Counted from the whole stretch's first letter, positions 1 through 13,619 are shown. The stretch is 62,495 nucleotides of DNA, filler included, from Rhabdomonas costata (GCA_019059605.1; 34 parts of 34 records of this genome joined end to end with filler, not necessarily neighbours in it), one strand, 5' to 3'. The notes: generated from the sequence alone by a model not told the origin. Program-made: numbers and translations.

Positions 1-364
1 GTGGTTTTGTAAATCTAGAGCTGCTCAGCGGATGACAAGGGCGGTTACGACAATGGGGAAGGTCCACACAAACACAATTGATGGCTACTGGGGTTGTTTC
101 AAGAACTGTATGTATGAACTGTATGGGGTATGAAATCCCTTCGCACGGAGACTCAGCCTCTATTCCTCGCTGAGTTCATGTGAGGCATAATAGCTCCGTG
201 TTGGATCCCAACTGGTCTGTCTTTGAGTGGATTCTGGTGCTCTTGGGCTCCTACGCTCACGAAGAACCTTAGCGCACCAACTCTCTGTGCTGACCTTGGA
301 CGAACACTAGATGTTGTCTGTTTCTGGCCTTTCCCAGTCGTGTTCCACTTTTGGGGTTGTGTCA

Positions 365-405
365 TATAAATATTAAAATATTAATATTAATATTAATATA
401 AATAA
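365..405. repeat. AT-only (TATTAA)n microsatellite, possibly a retroelement tail
   Basis: atataaatattaaaatattaatattaatattaatataaat in otherwise mixed-composition DNA. Confidence 0.7.
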
Positions 406-1144
406 TTTTGACCGATACTCCTAAGCATCACTCCGTCTTAGATATCGAAGTATTGTTGCATCTATTGTTGTATACACACATAGATGACTTCCAGAATAGT
501 GCGGTTTCTGAACTCCTTTTTTCCGAGCCCAATGGTAAGCGTCATTTTTGAGTCATTTTTGAGCATAAAGCGTGCTGGACGCAAAGTTTTCGGGCTTTCT
601 TTCAATTGGACTCTTCTTTTTCTTGTGAACGCTCGCTTGAGTAGTCGCACCCCCAGAACCGCAGAGTCACCGAGGCAGAAGGTGCATCTTGCTATACTCG
701 CCAAAGCATGATGGGAGATTGTAGATAAAATTCCTATGCCCACCCGACTCATCTCCTAATGAGAGCCCAATCCTGCACGGAAGCTCTGAGCAGTTCCATT
801 TCACTCCAAAAACAGCAGCTCGGCTCGACGCATGGCCCCCAGCAAAAGGGGGACGACGCGTTCAACAGTACAGTGAAACACGAAAACATTATTTTCGGCA
901 GAAAAAGCCGAAATCTAATTCTATATTTACATGTAACTATGCAAAAAAAATACTGACAATGACACGGCATTGGGTGTGTGGATCCAATGTTCCACCACCA
1001 CTCACGCACCGCTGAAAGGGAAGGCACCGAGGAGGCATCCCACCCGTACAAGGGAACGCACGGCACAAGTGAGCATGTGGCACAGGAAGGCATCTATGAC
1101 ACGCGCTTTAGTGCATTCCGCCCCTTCGGGAGAAGACAAAATAC

Positions 1145-1319
1145 TTTGAGGTAAGGTAGTCCGACAGCTGCAGCGGGGGCTCCGAGGCGGCCAGCGTGGC
1201 GCATGTGGAGGCCCGCAGGGGAGCCTCCAGAGGGGGAACAGCAGGGGAACTCAGTGGCGGGTCAAAGAAGAAGGGATCCTTAAGCAGCGCCCACACCGTG
1301 GCCCCGAACATGGCGCGGC
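1145..1319 (-). CDS. Probable internal exon of an unknown gene
   Basis: GC-rich open stretch bounded by ttttcctcag| and |gtattt on the minus strand; no family recognised. Confidence 0.35.
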
Positions 1320-1742
1320 CTGAGGAAAAAAGTACCACCCCTCACGCGTGATCAAGGAAGAGAGACATGAGAAGGGCACAGACGCATACTGAAAGAACGA
1401 GCGCGAAAATACATCTTCACATACGCGCACGCTCTCTGCCCCAACCTGCCCGCTTCTCTTTGCGTTGAGCTCAAGTAAGTTGATACTTTTTTCGGCAACA
1501 ACTTATTCGCTGCTATGAATGAGATCGCGCTTTTACGCTTTTACGGGACAAGACCACTCCGATGAATTGATTGATTGATAGGAAGAAGACTTTGATTCAT
1601 CCCGCCACACTCATTAACCACCACAAAGCACAGCCTCTATCCCGTGGTTCTTCCATGGTTGCGCGCCCACAACCACAGACGGTTCTGTTGCACACAGCGG
1701 CTTCGCTGCTTTCTCCCTTCAACATTCCTGCTTCACAACACC

Positions 1743-1842
1743 NNNNNNNNNNNNNNNNNNNNNNNNNNNNNNNNNNNNNNNNNNNNTTAATTAATTAANN
1801 NNNNNNNNNNNNNNNNNNNNNNNNNNNNNNNNNNNNNNNNNN
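1743..1842. other. Artificial contig-joining spacer (first of 33; recurs about every 1.84 kb up to 60656-60755)
   Basis: 44 N + TTAATTAATTAA + 44 N = 100 nt; flanking contigs are all 1736-1744 bp, trending slightly downward in size. Confidence 0.99.
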
Positions 1843-4397
1843 AGTTTTTCTGCAGACGAAATGGAATCGAAAGAGCGTGAGCAAATGGTTTGGACTTTGA
1901 CTTCCTTTTTTCGTGCTTGTGTTGGTTGTGCATTCTAATTAGGCTGCACGAAAGAACCGCGGAGGCGAAAGAGCCGGCTCAGATCCCAGATGGAGGTAGT
2001 GCAATGGCCCAGAACACGTAGGAGAGCCTTTGAGTGGATGAGAAGATATTGAGCACGTTGTTGTCTGCAGTTGTGAGAGATTTCAGAGTCATTTTTGACG
2101 GAGTAGAGAGTGGTCGATATACGAGATTTGAGTGGAATGATTGACCAGCTAAAGATTGGAAGTTCAACGCTTGAGTTGAGAAGAGAGGAGAGCGTTGTTG
2201 CTGCAAGAGCAGAGATAAATTCTGTTGGTGAGATGGGACTTCAGAAAAGCTAAAGAGTTGATGAAGTAGTGGTGCATTTGGATAAAGCCATTGTAGTAAG
2301 TCACGGAAGATATATTGGAGCAGTTGAATGGGAAGAAAGTTGGGGAAGAAGGCGAATCAAGAGCAAGAACATCTAACCGAGGCAAGTTGGGAAAAAGCAC
2401 AACCCGAGCATATGACACACTGCCCGGCAGAAAAGCAAAGCGAGAGAGGGAAATGGTAGAGAATGCCGAACAGGAGGGAGATAGAGAAGTGCAAGATGCT
2501 CGAGCGAGACAGTGAGAGAAAGGATTGGGAAGTAAATTGAAAAGACGCAAACAAAAAGCAGGAAGTCACGGCAAGCGAAAGGCACAGGAGAAAGGAGAGC
2601 ATCCAGTGAGCAGAGATGAGAAGAGATAAAGCGCACCCGAGATATAAGAAGAGATGCGCTCAAGACGTGAAAGGCTTGAGGCAAGACAATGGCTAAACAG
2701 AAGGCAAGCTAAAAGAGGATTACAGAAGAGGTGGAAATAAAGGGTAACGTGGATAAAGGAAATCCTCGATGTGCATGTGTTTGTTGAGTTTTTGCCCAGC
2801 AAGAATCGACGAGTTCAAGATCCTGCAGAATGGAGGAATTTGACAACGAGTGAATGGAGGATTAAAAGAGGAACACGTCGGTGTTCTTCAGCCTCGTTCT
2901 GAGTGTTTCAACTAAGGTAAATGGAGGCAGCGCCCACGCAGTGAAAGATAAGTCTGGATACAGGCTGTCAGAGGCGGACTCCAGAGCCACAATCACCCGC
3001 AAGAGGTAGGAGACACAGGTTGTAGCAGATGGTTGCTGAAGGTCCAGAGTGGATTGTTAAAGAAAACTACCACATTGAGAGGTGGTAGCAAAATGTTGCT
3101 GAAGATTCAGATTGCAGTGTTTTAGAGAGGTACCACCTTGAAAGGTGGTAGTAGTCGGTTGTTTTTATAGAATAGAAATATCCTACAGCACAAGAGGAGC
3201 CCGGCTAAATCCCGCCCAGAGCAGGCGCGCAGAGCCACAAGGGGGAGAGTCAACGCCATCTAGCGATGAGATAAAGCCAGAGGCGTCGCGACAGAGGTCT
3301 CGTGGTAGCAGAGCAAGCGAGATATAGCAGGGGATGGAGACAGGCTAAAGTTATCCACCTCCGCAGGTGGTACAAGGCCTTCAGAAGAGCGTGTAGCTCC
3401 AACCCAGATAAATCTCTGTGTGAGTGTGTGTGCTTCCCCTGAACCTGGTGGTTTTCCACCAGGTCAGCGCAAAACATCTTTTTAGTTGATCGAGATATAT
3501 TGAAATTGTGTTTCCTTTTTGGTTAAAGGATGTCAGGCGAACCACCTCCACCCACGCCAGCTAAAACAGCAGCTGCCCAACCACCNNNNNNNNNNNNNNN
3601 NNNNNNNNNNNNNNNNNNNNNNNNNNNNNTTAATTAATTAANNNNNNNNNNNNNNNNNNNNNNNNNNNNNNNNNNNNNNNNNNNNGGTTTTGGGTTCCTC
3701 CGGCAGCACAGTTTCTGCGTGGTGTGCCTGCAGTGGTGCGCGGTGGTGCATCTGACTCACCTCACCCTAAGCGACTCCCCGGGCTCCAGCGCCACCTCTC
3801 GGGGTGGCTCCCTATCTGCCGTGCTGCTCTCCCCTCGCCTGCGGGCCCTGCGGTTCTTGTTCCGCAAAGGCACAGGCCCAGAGCTCGAAGTAGTAAGTGC
3901 TCTGCTAGGGCTACAAGGCAGCGATTCCCCCTTCTTTTTCCCTGGAGGGACAGGGGAGGTTCCATGGACTTTTGGCCAAAGGTTTTCCCGACCTTCTCGA
4001 TGCCATTAATTTGCGGCTCCACCGTAGGGTTTGTTGTAGACCCGCAAAAAGCGGTGTGAGCTTTGCGGGCCTCATGTGAGCCTCGCAAAGCCTTCCTTCT
4101 TGCTGGTGAGGTATAATATTATGGATTTTATGACCAACTTTTTCCATGTGGAGGGCGTTCTTGCGGATTTCCCTGCGACGGAATGGAATGCAAGCAGCAG
4201 GGAACCATCCCAATTCCATACAATTGTTCTCTCGAATAAAACAGACAAGATCACTGGTTTTGCCATTGCTGCAAAACCGCTTCGAACACTCGCCACCGAC
4301 TTGGGGTGTTGGTACCCTTCACAGTGTGTGGACTTTTAGTGGAGTGCTAACCCCTTGACGACGGCTGCTGAATGCAAACGCTTTTCTTTCACCCCAG

Positions 4398-5427
4398 CGT
4401 AAACCCACCGGCGCGATCTCAGTAGGAAGGTCTTCTGGTTTGTGGACTCTCCCGTCCCTCCGGGAAACCCCCAGCTCCTTCTTTCAAAGAGCTCAAGGAA
4501 GTCTTGCTGTGTGCCCTGCCCCGGCCTGTGGGGTGCGGGGCAGCGGTGGGATGTCGTTCCAACTCACCGCGCTGGAGCTTGAGGTGGACTGCGACGGGGT
4601 GTACTATGGCTTCCTCGCCTGCGCGGTGGCGGAGAGGGTGGAGGGGGTGGAGGCGGCATTGCGGTGCTCTTACCCCACGCTGCGGCGGGTTGGGCTGAGA
4701 CTGTACTCGACCTCCCGGGGGGAGGTCCCAGAGCTCACCGATGAGCACATCGGGAGGGTCTGCCAGGCGGTCTCCTTGTGCAGAGGCCTCACGAGCTTTG
4801 GGTTCTGCCTCGAGGAGTACCCGCAGGTTAATTGTTGGGGGTAATGTGTGAGAGTGAAATTTATGTTTCTTTGGGCTTCGGCTCCAAGAAGAGTCCAACG
4901 CTGCGCTATCACTGCCTGGGCAGCGTCCGCTTGGCCTTGACTTGGAATGAGTTTGCTTCAACCCTTACCCGCGCCTGCGTTTTTTTTTGTGACTGTTGTC
5001 CTTGGACCTCCTAGTCCTTGGACTTCTGCCTTCCGAATTGAGACCCATCCAAACCACCCCGCCCATCTCACATCCCTTTTTCTTCCCTTCCTTGTTGCTG
5101 GATGATGGGGTGGTCTGCTGGGCAGGACTTTGCCCTGGACTTTCCAAGACCAAAGTTCTGGGAGTACCTGGGAGTATAATCAATTGCCTGCTGGATTGTT
5201 TCAGATCACCAGCCTCGCACTCGTCGTATAATTTTCCTCCTACATTTCGGAGGGAGGGCTCCGAACTGCTTATACCCTCTGCTGTTCCTGCTCGCTCGTA
5301 CCGCAGGTGACAGAGGAATCGCTGAGGCACCTGACCCGCTGCGTGCTCAGCCTCCCTGCCCTCAGTGAGCTGCAACTCAGCCTCTGCCGAGGCTTCGCCT
5401 GCCAGTTCGCGCCGCACCACCACCACC
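4398..5427 (+). CDS. Leucine-rich-repeat-like protein, partial (exons ~4398-4826 and 5307-5427; possible upstream exon near 3720-3870)
   Basis: Phase-0 join CAG|gtta...ccgcag|GTG gives LRRVGLRL..PELTDEHIGRVCQAVSLCRGLTSFGFCLEEYPQ/VTEESLRHLTRCVLSLPALSELQLSL, an RNI/AMN1-like LxxLxL periodicity. Confidence 0.5.
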
Positions 5428-5529
5428 NNNNNNNNNNNNNNNNNNNNNNNNNNNNNNNNNNNNNNNNNNNNTTAATTAATTAANNNNNNNNNNNNNNNNN
5501 NNNNNNNNNNNNNNNNNNNNNNNNNNNGT

Positions 5530-5677
5530 TTTTGGGAGGGTGTTTTTTCTGCAGGGCGCAGATCATTTGAATTGGGGACTCTCGGAAGTTGCGCAAAGGA
5601 TGACTGGACGGAAAGCACCAGATGACAAAGGAAGCACAAAAAGGAGTCGCCCTGCAGAAAAAACACCCCTCCCAAAA
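5530..5677. repeat. Fold-back inverted repeat at contig start (arms 5530-5558 and 5648-5677)
   Basis: ttttgggagggtgttttttctgcagggcg versus cgccctgcagaaaaaacacccctcccaaaa (1-nt indel). Confidence 0.85.
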
Positions 5678-7369
5678 GAAAAAAGTAGGAGGGCGATAAA
5701 AAATTGCTCATCAAAGTAAGGTGCAGAGCTTTGAGATATCGTACGCACACCAAATGGAGCACAGCTGAAGCTGCTAGCTTCCGTCCGGGACAGTTTCGAA
5801 AAAATGTGCAAGGGCTCTCTGCCCCATTGCGCCCCTCGCAAAAAGGGACACAGACGTGAATCCGCGGTGGGGGTGGGGGTGATGGTGGTGATGGTAGTTC
5901 CAAATTGTAGGAATGATGGCGGCCGAATGGAAGGTGGTGGTGGGGAGTGGTTCCCGTTATCTCCTCCCACCGGTCAACACTGTACATTAACCATTTTTGG
6001 TATCCGTAACCAATGCAACAGTAAATTGGCCTGAAACTGGCTTGAAACTCCCAAGTAACTAACAATGGTCAGGTGAAACACGCCAGTACCCTCGAAATGA
6101 CTGTGTTTGGTGTAAGGGAGTTAAGAAAACTCTGCCAGTGTCTCCCACATGAGTGTTTTCTGCTCAGTAGCTGAAAACTACTGCTCGTGATATTCGAAAT
6201 TGGACCGAGTATCACGACCAGTAGAATAACCCTGTGACGCACGTGGCAGTGTGGGGAAAAGGAGTGACTTTGAACAAATGACATACCAACAATTGGGCTC
6301 GCGACAGGGAGGCGTCCACCTCCGGGTCAGGCTATTTTTCTTTCGTTGTGACCCGCGAGTAGAACCAGGAATGGCTTTTTAAGGAGGAAGGATGGAAGAA
6401 TGAGATTATCTCCGCATATGACCGTCCATACATGACGCATTGCTGCATTTCTTCCGTTGTGGGCATGTTTGACCGATAAGGACTTTTTTGTCTTTGGCTC
6501 GCATTGTGTGATTGCAGCGCTTCTGACTTGGCTGTTGCGAATACCAACGCATTAGTTCATATCTGGATGTTGCTGTGCTTTCGCCTTTGTCCCTCGTGGA
6601 ATGCGTTGGGGACCCCGCTACTTTTCACGGGAAGGTGTCGCCTCCCTTCATACAATTGTACTTACAACTTCGATGATGGCGCTTTGGCGATGCCGCCAGT
6701 GCACTTTTCCAAAAACGGGTCCTTTGCGAGGCAACAAGTTCTGCGCCACTCAGCTCTGCTTACTGTTACACTTCACGTCGATAGGTGGACAAGAACATTT
6801 CCTCAGCGATAGATTGAGTTCCAAGCGCACTTTTCGAAAAAGAGTCGTTCACCAATCAACAAAGTTAGCGCCACACTGCTCTCTTTACCCTCCAAAGGTT
6901 CACGTGGAGAAAGCATACTTAGCAAGAGCTTTCATTCCAATGAATTTGCCTGCGTTTTGGTAGTTAGGCAACGGCAATGGTGCCCCTTGAAAGCGCTACA
7001 CAGAGAAACACCCAATGTCTTTCTCAGAAGAAAAAATTCAATGAGCGGTCGTAGCCCCGCACTGCATTGGGCATCACTGTCACACCGCTGCCAAAGCACA
7101 CAGAAAGAGAATAAGGAAGAATGGAAGGAGAAAGGAACCTGTTCGATAGAGAGTGTGGTTTCCGGCGCAATAGATACCTCGCAAGGCCATGTGGCCGAGC
7201 CCCCCCCTCCCCCACCGCAGGAGTACCTGCTCTGGACTACCAGAAAGCGTGCCGGCATCACCAACCACANNNNNNNNNNNNNNNNNNNNNNNNNNNNNNN
7301 NNNNNNNNNNNNNTTAATTAATTAANNNNNNNNNNNNNNNNNNNNNNNNNNNNNNNNNNNNNNNNNNNN

Positions 7370-9032
7370 GTTGTGGTGTCAGCTGCCGGGTGGGGGCCTG
7401 AGCCTGCCTTCCCTTGTATCCTCCGCTGCTGAGGTGAATCAGCAGCAGCTGGAGAGCTGTGGACTAGGCGGAACCGCGGGGGAGTCCCAGCGGCATTACG
7501 CGGTGCAGTGCCTGGAGATGTACCTCCGCGAGGGGGCCTGCGCGGAGGGCAGCGTCGCGGAGAAGGAAGTGCGGCTTCTGCTGGCCGAATGGTGCGTGCG
7601 TTTCTTTTCGTGCGACGCCGCCCCTTCCGCCCCGCATGAATCTTCAACAGTATTTCGTACGAATGTCAATTTTTCTTATCAGCTTCTCAATTCGACCTCT
7701 GAGCCTTGAGATCGCGCATGCAACCAGGCGTTCCTCTCGGACACTGTCATCTCCCACGCCTTCACCAGTGCTCGGAGGGAAACGCTTTCTGCGCCCCGCC
7801 TTGATAATATGCAATGAGCGTAACTTTTAGATACGCTCCCATCAGCGAAAGTCCAAGTCCAGTGAAGGACCAAGGGCAGTGTGCGTGGGGGGGTGGGGAT
7901 GAGAAAAATGAAAGCTTACAGCGTGCGATGGGCGCCGAAACGCTCTCGCCCTCTATTGGTTTTATGTGCATTTGTGTGCGGCGTCTTCAGGTATTACTTG
8001 GAGGACCACTTTGTCGAAGCCTTGTCTCACTTGCTGGCCACAAAGAGGCTTTCCCTGTCCTCCGAAGAGCTCCTGAAGCTGCGCTATCTCCACCTAGGTG
8101 CAGACTCTTTGCTTCAGTCCATCATGCAGTTGGTGTCAACATTATACGGGCACCCCCCCCCCCAAGTATCATCTGAGCACTCCATATTTTTCCAAGATGA
8201 ACGAAGGAAGACTTTGGGCTCAAGAAACGCTGGGTTAAGTGAATATCATCGGTCGTGTCCCTTCCCTCGCCTCCGGAATGGCAACCTGTTTTTCAGGCTG
8301 CTCCATGAACTGCGGAACCCTGGAGGTTGAGCTACCCTCTCTGGCCCGGGACATCCAACTTGAGGGCAGCGCAGGCTCTATGCCCGAGAAGGTGGTCTCA
8401 GCGACGTTTACAGGGATCTCTGCCGGTGAGCTCTCGAACTGGCTGGAATGCGAGAAGGCGCGGATCACCAGAGCCGTGGATAAGGTCCCGAATCTCTCCC
8501 ATGTTTTTACTCTGTGATTTGGCTTTGAACATCTTGTCGCTTCAAAAAAGGTAATTGTTTAACATTTGGCGGTGTTTTTGACGGCACTGTTTGCCAGCAT
8601 TTTGAAGGCGCTTGAGCCCTTTCTCGCCCCGCCATGTTGAAAATCGATATCCTCTCTCTCAGGCAGTTGTGTACAGCCCCCTGGTACGGTGAGTTTTTGT
8701 GCTCGTGGGCCGTTAGCAACCGCACGCAACAGAGGCTAAGCCCATAACTGTCATACCCATTCGTTCTCTCTTCCATTTCTGGCAGTATTTTGACTATTAC
8801 CCACACCACTCTCGTTTTTCCGCTGGGAGGGTGGGGAGGGTTGCACCACGTCCACTTCCCTTCACCCGCAGGTCGTACAGTGTATCCTGCTGGACGGTGT
8901 GGCGGAGGTGTGTGGACGGTTTGGGGATGGCCCGTACCGCGGGCTGCTGTCTGAAGGGTATCGCGAGGCCCTGTACCTACGCTTCCAAAGCCGCCCTGCG
9001 GAACGCTCAAAGCTGTGCGCTGCCAGCCTGTG
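7370..9032 (+). CDS. Unknown multi-exon gene, partial (exons 7370-7591, 7991-8097, 8297-8484, 8872-9032)
   Basis: Three GT-AG introns with compatible phases (2,1,0) give one continuous frame ...LLLAEW/YYLEDHF...YLHL/GCSMNCG...AVDK/VVQCILLDG...AASLW. Confidence 0.6.
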
Positions 9033-9974
9033 GTATGCGAGACCGAAACGTCTGTGGGATGACTTTGTTTTCATCTCGGGGTGTGCTTTTGCCTTGTGGG
9101 CCCTCCGTGTTNNNNNNNNNNNNNNNNNNNNNNNNNNNNNNNNNNNNNNNNNNNNTTAATTAATTAANNNNNNNNNNNNNNNNNNNNNNNNNNNNNNNNN
9201 NNNNNNNNNNNGCCCACTCCACAGGACATGGGTGGTGACGTGGTACATTTTTCACGGGAACTGCGAAGAAGCAAAACGACGATAAAAAATTTATTCTGGC
9301 ACAACGGCGGCGCGGCAAGCGGGCAAGCCCAGTACCAATTCGCCCCTCTAGGTCGTGCTTTGAGGACAATGTTCGAATTTCCGTCCGGTCCGATCCAACC
9401 GGTATCTGGTCTGGTCTCCCGCAAATAGGTTTGCGAGATTTGATGGATGGTGAGAGTCCAGAGGCAGGCTGGAAAAAGAAATGATGGGACAAAGGAAGAG
9501 GAGAGAACGCGAGATGACAAGCGTTCCTTCAATGTGACAGCTCAGTTAAGCCTTCATTGACCTTAGCTCCTCTTGCTCGAAGCTGGGGAGGAAGGGGGGG
9601 GGTGCGAAAGCCGCGCTATGGAGTGCTCACCACCATAGCCTTTACCAAACGAACCAATGACCTTCTAAGAACGTACCCACCTTTCTGGCACATTCTCGGA
9701 GACCTGCGTTCACTTGCGGGCTGCGCTCCATCCCGATGTGATCGTGGAGGGACCACCGCTTACGAGATTGTCTGGCCCCCCCCCCCAACCGTGGGTTAGT
9801 TTTCGCCTTTTCGCCGTTTCGCATTATCATCTTGCTTCTCTTTTGTGCGAACGGACCCAGTCAGCATCCAAGAGGGCAGAGAGAAAGAGTGAGAGAGGAC
9901 AAACACACTTCCATGAACCAGACTGCAAGAAGCCAGGGAAGTTCATGGTCCAGTTGCCCATGCACTTCCTAACC

Positions 9975-10430
9975 TGCTCAGAGACAAAGCCACCGTATTT
10001 CCGTCCAGGCAATAGGAAAAGGATCGCAGAAGAGCGCCTAGTAGTTTTTGAGAGCCGTCCCAAGGTGGACAGCACCACCGCCGTCGGTACCTCCGAGCCT
10101 GTCAGGTCTAAGGCGCCTCTTCCTGGCTCCACAGCGAGGCAGAGGTCTGCGTCGGCCCGGGCCAGGCCAGCAACCACGGAGCCAAAGAAGCGTAGCCTTG
10201 TCCCAGCCCGAACTCCCGCGGTCCTGAACTCCCGCTGCTTTAGGGTCTGTTGCAGAGCGCACCACTGGGTAGTTGGGCAGCCGTGGGCTGCACCTGCTCC
10301 ACCAGCTCAAGTATGGCCCGCCTCAGGAGCGGGGCTCGGGTCAGGTTGGGAAGGCTGCAGTCTGGGATCATGCAGAGGTAGAGCTCTCCATCGCTCCAGT
10401 TGTCACATCCAGGATAGATCATCAGACATC
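9975..10430 (-). CDS. Probable exons of an unknown gene
   Basis: Coding-like open stretches (CLMIYPGCDNWSDGELYLCMIP...; VAGLARADADLCLAVEPG...GFVSEQ|gttagg); boundaries not fully resolved. Confidence 0.35.
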
Positions 10431-12895
10431 TTGGAAGAGAAAGAACAGTTCCTGAATTTGTCTGTCCAAACTCCAAAGACGCGGGGGAGGGGGGGGGCAG
10501 CAAATGGCTCAGCACCGACGAAAAAAGAAGAGCAACGAAACTCAAACAAACTCCGCCAGGCGCTGCAAATCCGGCAAGGCAGGAAATCCAGGAGAGTCAG
10601 TTTTTTGTATGCACATCTTGCCAAATGTCGCCGCTTTTGTCCTTTAAGAGTTTTCGAGATGTAGGAGAAGTTAATAAGGTAATTTAGTAATTTTGGTAAT
10701 TTTGGTAATTTTCAGCCTTTTTGAAGAATTAGATTTTTAAGAGTCATTGTATTTCGGTCTCGTGGCCAGTTTTCACAGAACTGTCGTTTCAGCGGTTTTC
10801 ACCATTAACATGGCCCCTGCAATATAGGTGTGCTGGTCTTCATCAGTGAATCAAGCCAGATAAAAGCGCAGACAAATACCTCCATCCAAATGCAGCGCAG
10901 TGAAAAACAGACTACCCTGAAACATATGTGGTCGGTACCCCCAAAACNNNNNNNNNNNNNNNNNNNNNNNNNNNNNNNNNNNNNNNNNNNNTTAATTAAT
11001 TAANNNNNNNNNNNNNNNNNNNNNNNNNNNNNNNNNNNNNNNNNNNNACCACGGTGGGTGCAATTCAAGCTCAGTTCCCTGATCCCAATGCTCCGCATCG
11101 AGGACCAGTCCCTCTCCTTTGGACACTTCCCCGTAGAAGCATTCTTGGGTCCATGTTTGCCATCTACGGTGAAAAAAATGCACGGCCACCCATCTAGCAT
11201 GCGGCCTATGCCCTGTAGCATAATTCGGTGGTCCTCCAAAAGTTGCTCCCGGCTGCGCCACTGCCCATATTGAGATGGATGCATATCACAGGGTCCAGAA
11301 AAAATGAAACAAACAAAAAAAGGCGCTGGCATATGAAAGAATGAATAAGTGGGTAAACAGGGCTAAGCCGAAGCAGGCCAGGGGTCTTTTGTATATTCAG
11401 CAGGCCTCCCGAAACGCTGCGTGGCCGGTCCTAGAGGTCATGTCCGCCATCTCGCCGAGGAACGGTAGCTTCGCTTCTAAAGTGCGTCAACGTCCGTCGC
11501 AGGCTGTGTCGGCCTGTGCGATGCATTGGTCCTGTATCGCCCCCTTTCAAATGACCGCCTGTTTGTTTTGCGCTGGGGTCTGATAAAAATCACCCTCTCT
11601 TCTCATTGGTTGGGTCGAGTTTCTGTGACATCTCCGCTGTCGCAGACGCACTGTGCCGCTCATGTTTCTCGCTCGATCGGCACCCATTTAAAATTTAATC
11701 TCTTCGTCCAACATGCGGCATCCTGGCTCTTCGTGGTTTGGCAACATTGCCCCATTTCGCAGCTGTGCTGCCTTTGCCGACAGTCCTCACATCTTTGACT
11801 GAATGCCATGTTCCTTGTTTGCTCCACCCTAGCTAAACACTCCATATCCGCCGTACCCTCCCGTTGCCTGGGCGTAAAAAAAAAGTCGCAGGCCACGCAC
11901 AGCGAGCAGATGTACCGCAAAGCAAAGGCGGCTGCAGAAGGGTACGCGCGGAAAAAGCAGGGGTCACAGGTCACCTGCAAAAGACTTGCCCAGCATCGCA
12001 CTGTTGGGCGACAACACACCCACCACGAATTACACCTCACCAGCTCACGACACAACGCTACAGGCCACTCAGTCCGTGTGCGGCGCCAACGCTCTCGATC
12101 CTCGCTTGAGGTAGCGGATGGGTATGAGTCAACGGTGTGTTTGCACATCTTCTTTGATTTCATTGCCTTTCCAACGGTGTGGTGACAGCACAGCGATCAT
12201 GCATGCCTGAGCCCCGGCATTGAGGACGAGCAAGAATGTAGGCAAGCAAAAGCCTTTCTCGCGTACCTTCCCAGCACGCAATCTCGGAATGGAACTGAGC
12301 GTGTGGGTGCGTCTGCGTAAAACAGAGCGGGTCATATTCTCGCAGACAACTAGCGCAACGGTGGGGAGGCATCAGAAATCGACAGGGAGGAGGGGGCTTA
12401 TGATAGACTTCGTCACAGCTGAAACGCTCAAAGGAGTGGCACCACACTGCGGCGCAGCATTCGAGCGAAAAAAAAACTCTCTTCCCCACCGAGCCCCATA
12501 CACAGAGAACTACACACAAGCACTTCAGCAGCGAAAAAAAAAAGAGGAAGAGCGTGGAAAGGGCAAGGGCAAGGAACACAACACGATTTCCCACCAAAAC
12601 TACACCGAGGGGCTTCTTCCTTTCAGTCCACAGGAGAGGACCATGGGGGTGCCAGGGGGCTCGAATTCAGGGAAAGGGGTGAAGAGGTCGCTGCGGCAGT
12701 CGCACCGGGACGGTGCACCTGGGGATGGGAGAGAGAGAGAGAGAGCACAAGTGAACAGCATCAATTCTAGCTTGCTTTGCCACAAACAANNNNNNNNNNN
12801 NNNNNNNNNNNNNNNNNNNNNNNNNNNNNNNNNTTAATTAATTAANNNNNNNNNNNNNNNNNNNNNNNNNNNNNNNNNNNNNNNNNNNNTTTGTT

Positions 12896-13028
12896 TGTTT
12901 CCCTCTATCAATGATGATTTAAATTTCCCGGACAAGTAGAAAAGTAGAGAAGAAGAGAAAGAGGAAAGCCTTTTGGCTGAATAAAACGTCGAACGGGAAA
13001 TTTAAATCATCATTGATAGAGGGAAACA
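12896..13028. repeat. Perfect 35-bp fold-back inverted repeat at contig start (arms 12896-12930 and 12994-13028)
   Basis: tgtttccctctatcaatgatgatttaaatttcccg and its exact reverse complement. Confidence 0.95.
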
Positions 13029-13619
13029 GACATTGGAAAGCAGATCAGAATTGGGAAGCCTTGGATTTCATGAAGTTTCCCATATATACTGGAACAGTAC
13101 ATGGTGAAATCGACATCATCAGGCAATCACCTGATCCATCTTACATGCCAGCGAAATAAAATGGCCGCTGTGATCACGGAGGGGGGGGGTCATAATTCGT
13201 ATGACCGACTGCACTGGATCGAGTGGCGCATCACCCTTTTGCTGAAAGGAAGAGCTTGTTGCAGTTACGTCAGAAATAAAGCATGCAGAGCGCGGCTATT
13301 GGCTTCAGACGGAGCACACAAAGAAATGCAGTGTACCGCAACGAATCCAACTTTTAAATAATGACTCAGCTTAGCGGACTAATTCTTAATCAGACTAAGC
13401 CTCTGGAACATAATTATTCCACGCGTGAGGCAACGGCCACCTATCCAGGGAACAAGAGACGAAACCGAAACTCTGATCAAGCAAATAACGAAATACAATG
13501 GCTGAAGAGCCATGCCCTGACTGTACCTCCTCTGTGCTCAACGAGCACCCGCCAACGACGAACCAACAGTCCTTGTCCAGAAGTGCTAGGAGCATGTCCT
13601 GACCAGAAAATGGAAATGG

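Noticed and set aside
2897-2925. ttctgagtgt, similar to part of the Euglena spliced leader
   Set aside because: The match stops after about 10 nt and there is no SL RNA context.
1980-3130. Purine-rich contig possibly holding a decayed LINE on the minus strand
   Set aside because: No RT or endonuclease motif could be identified.
8297-9032. Faint Hsp70/actin-fold resemblance (LEVELPSL, VQCILLDG)
   Set aside because: Spacing and key glycine motifs do not fit; not supportable without a profile search.
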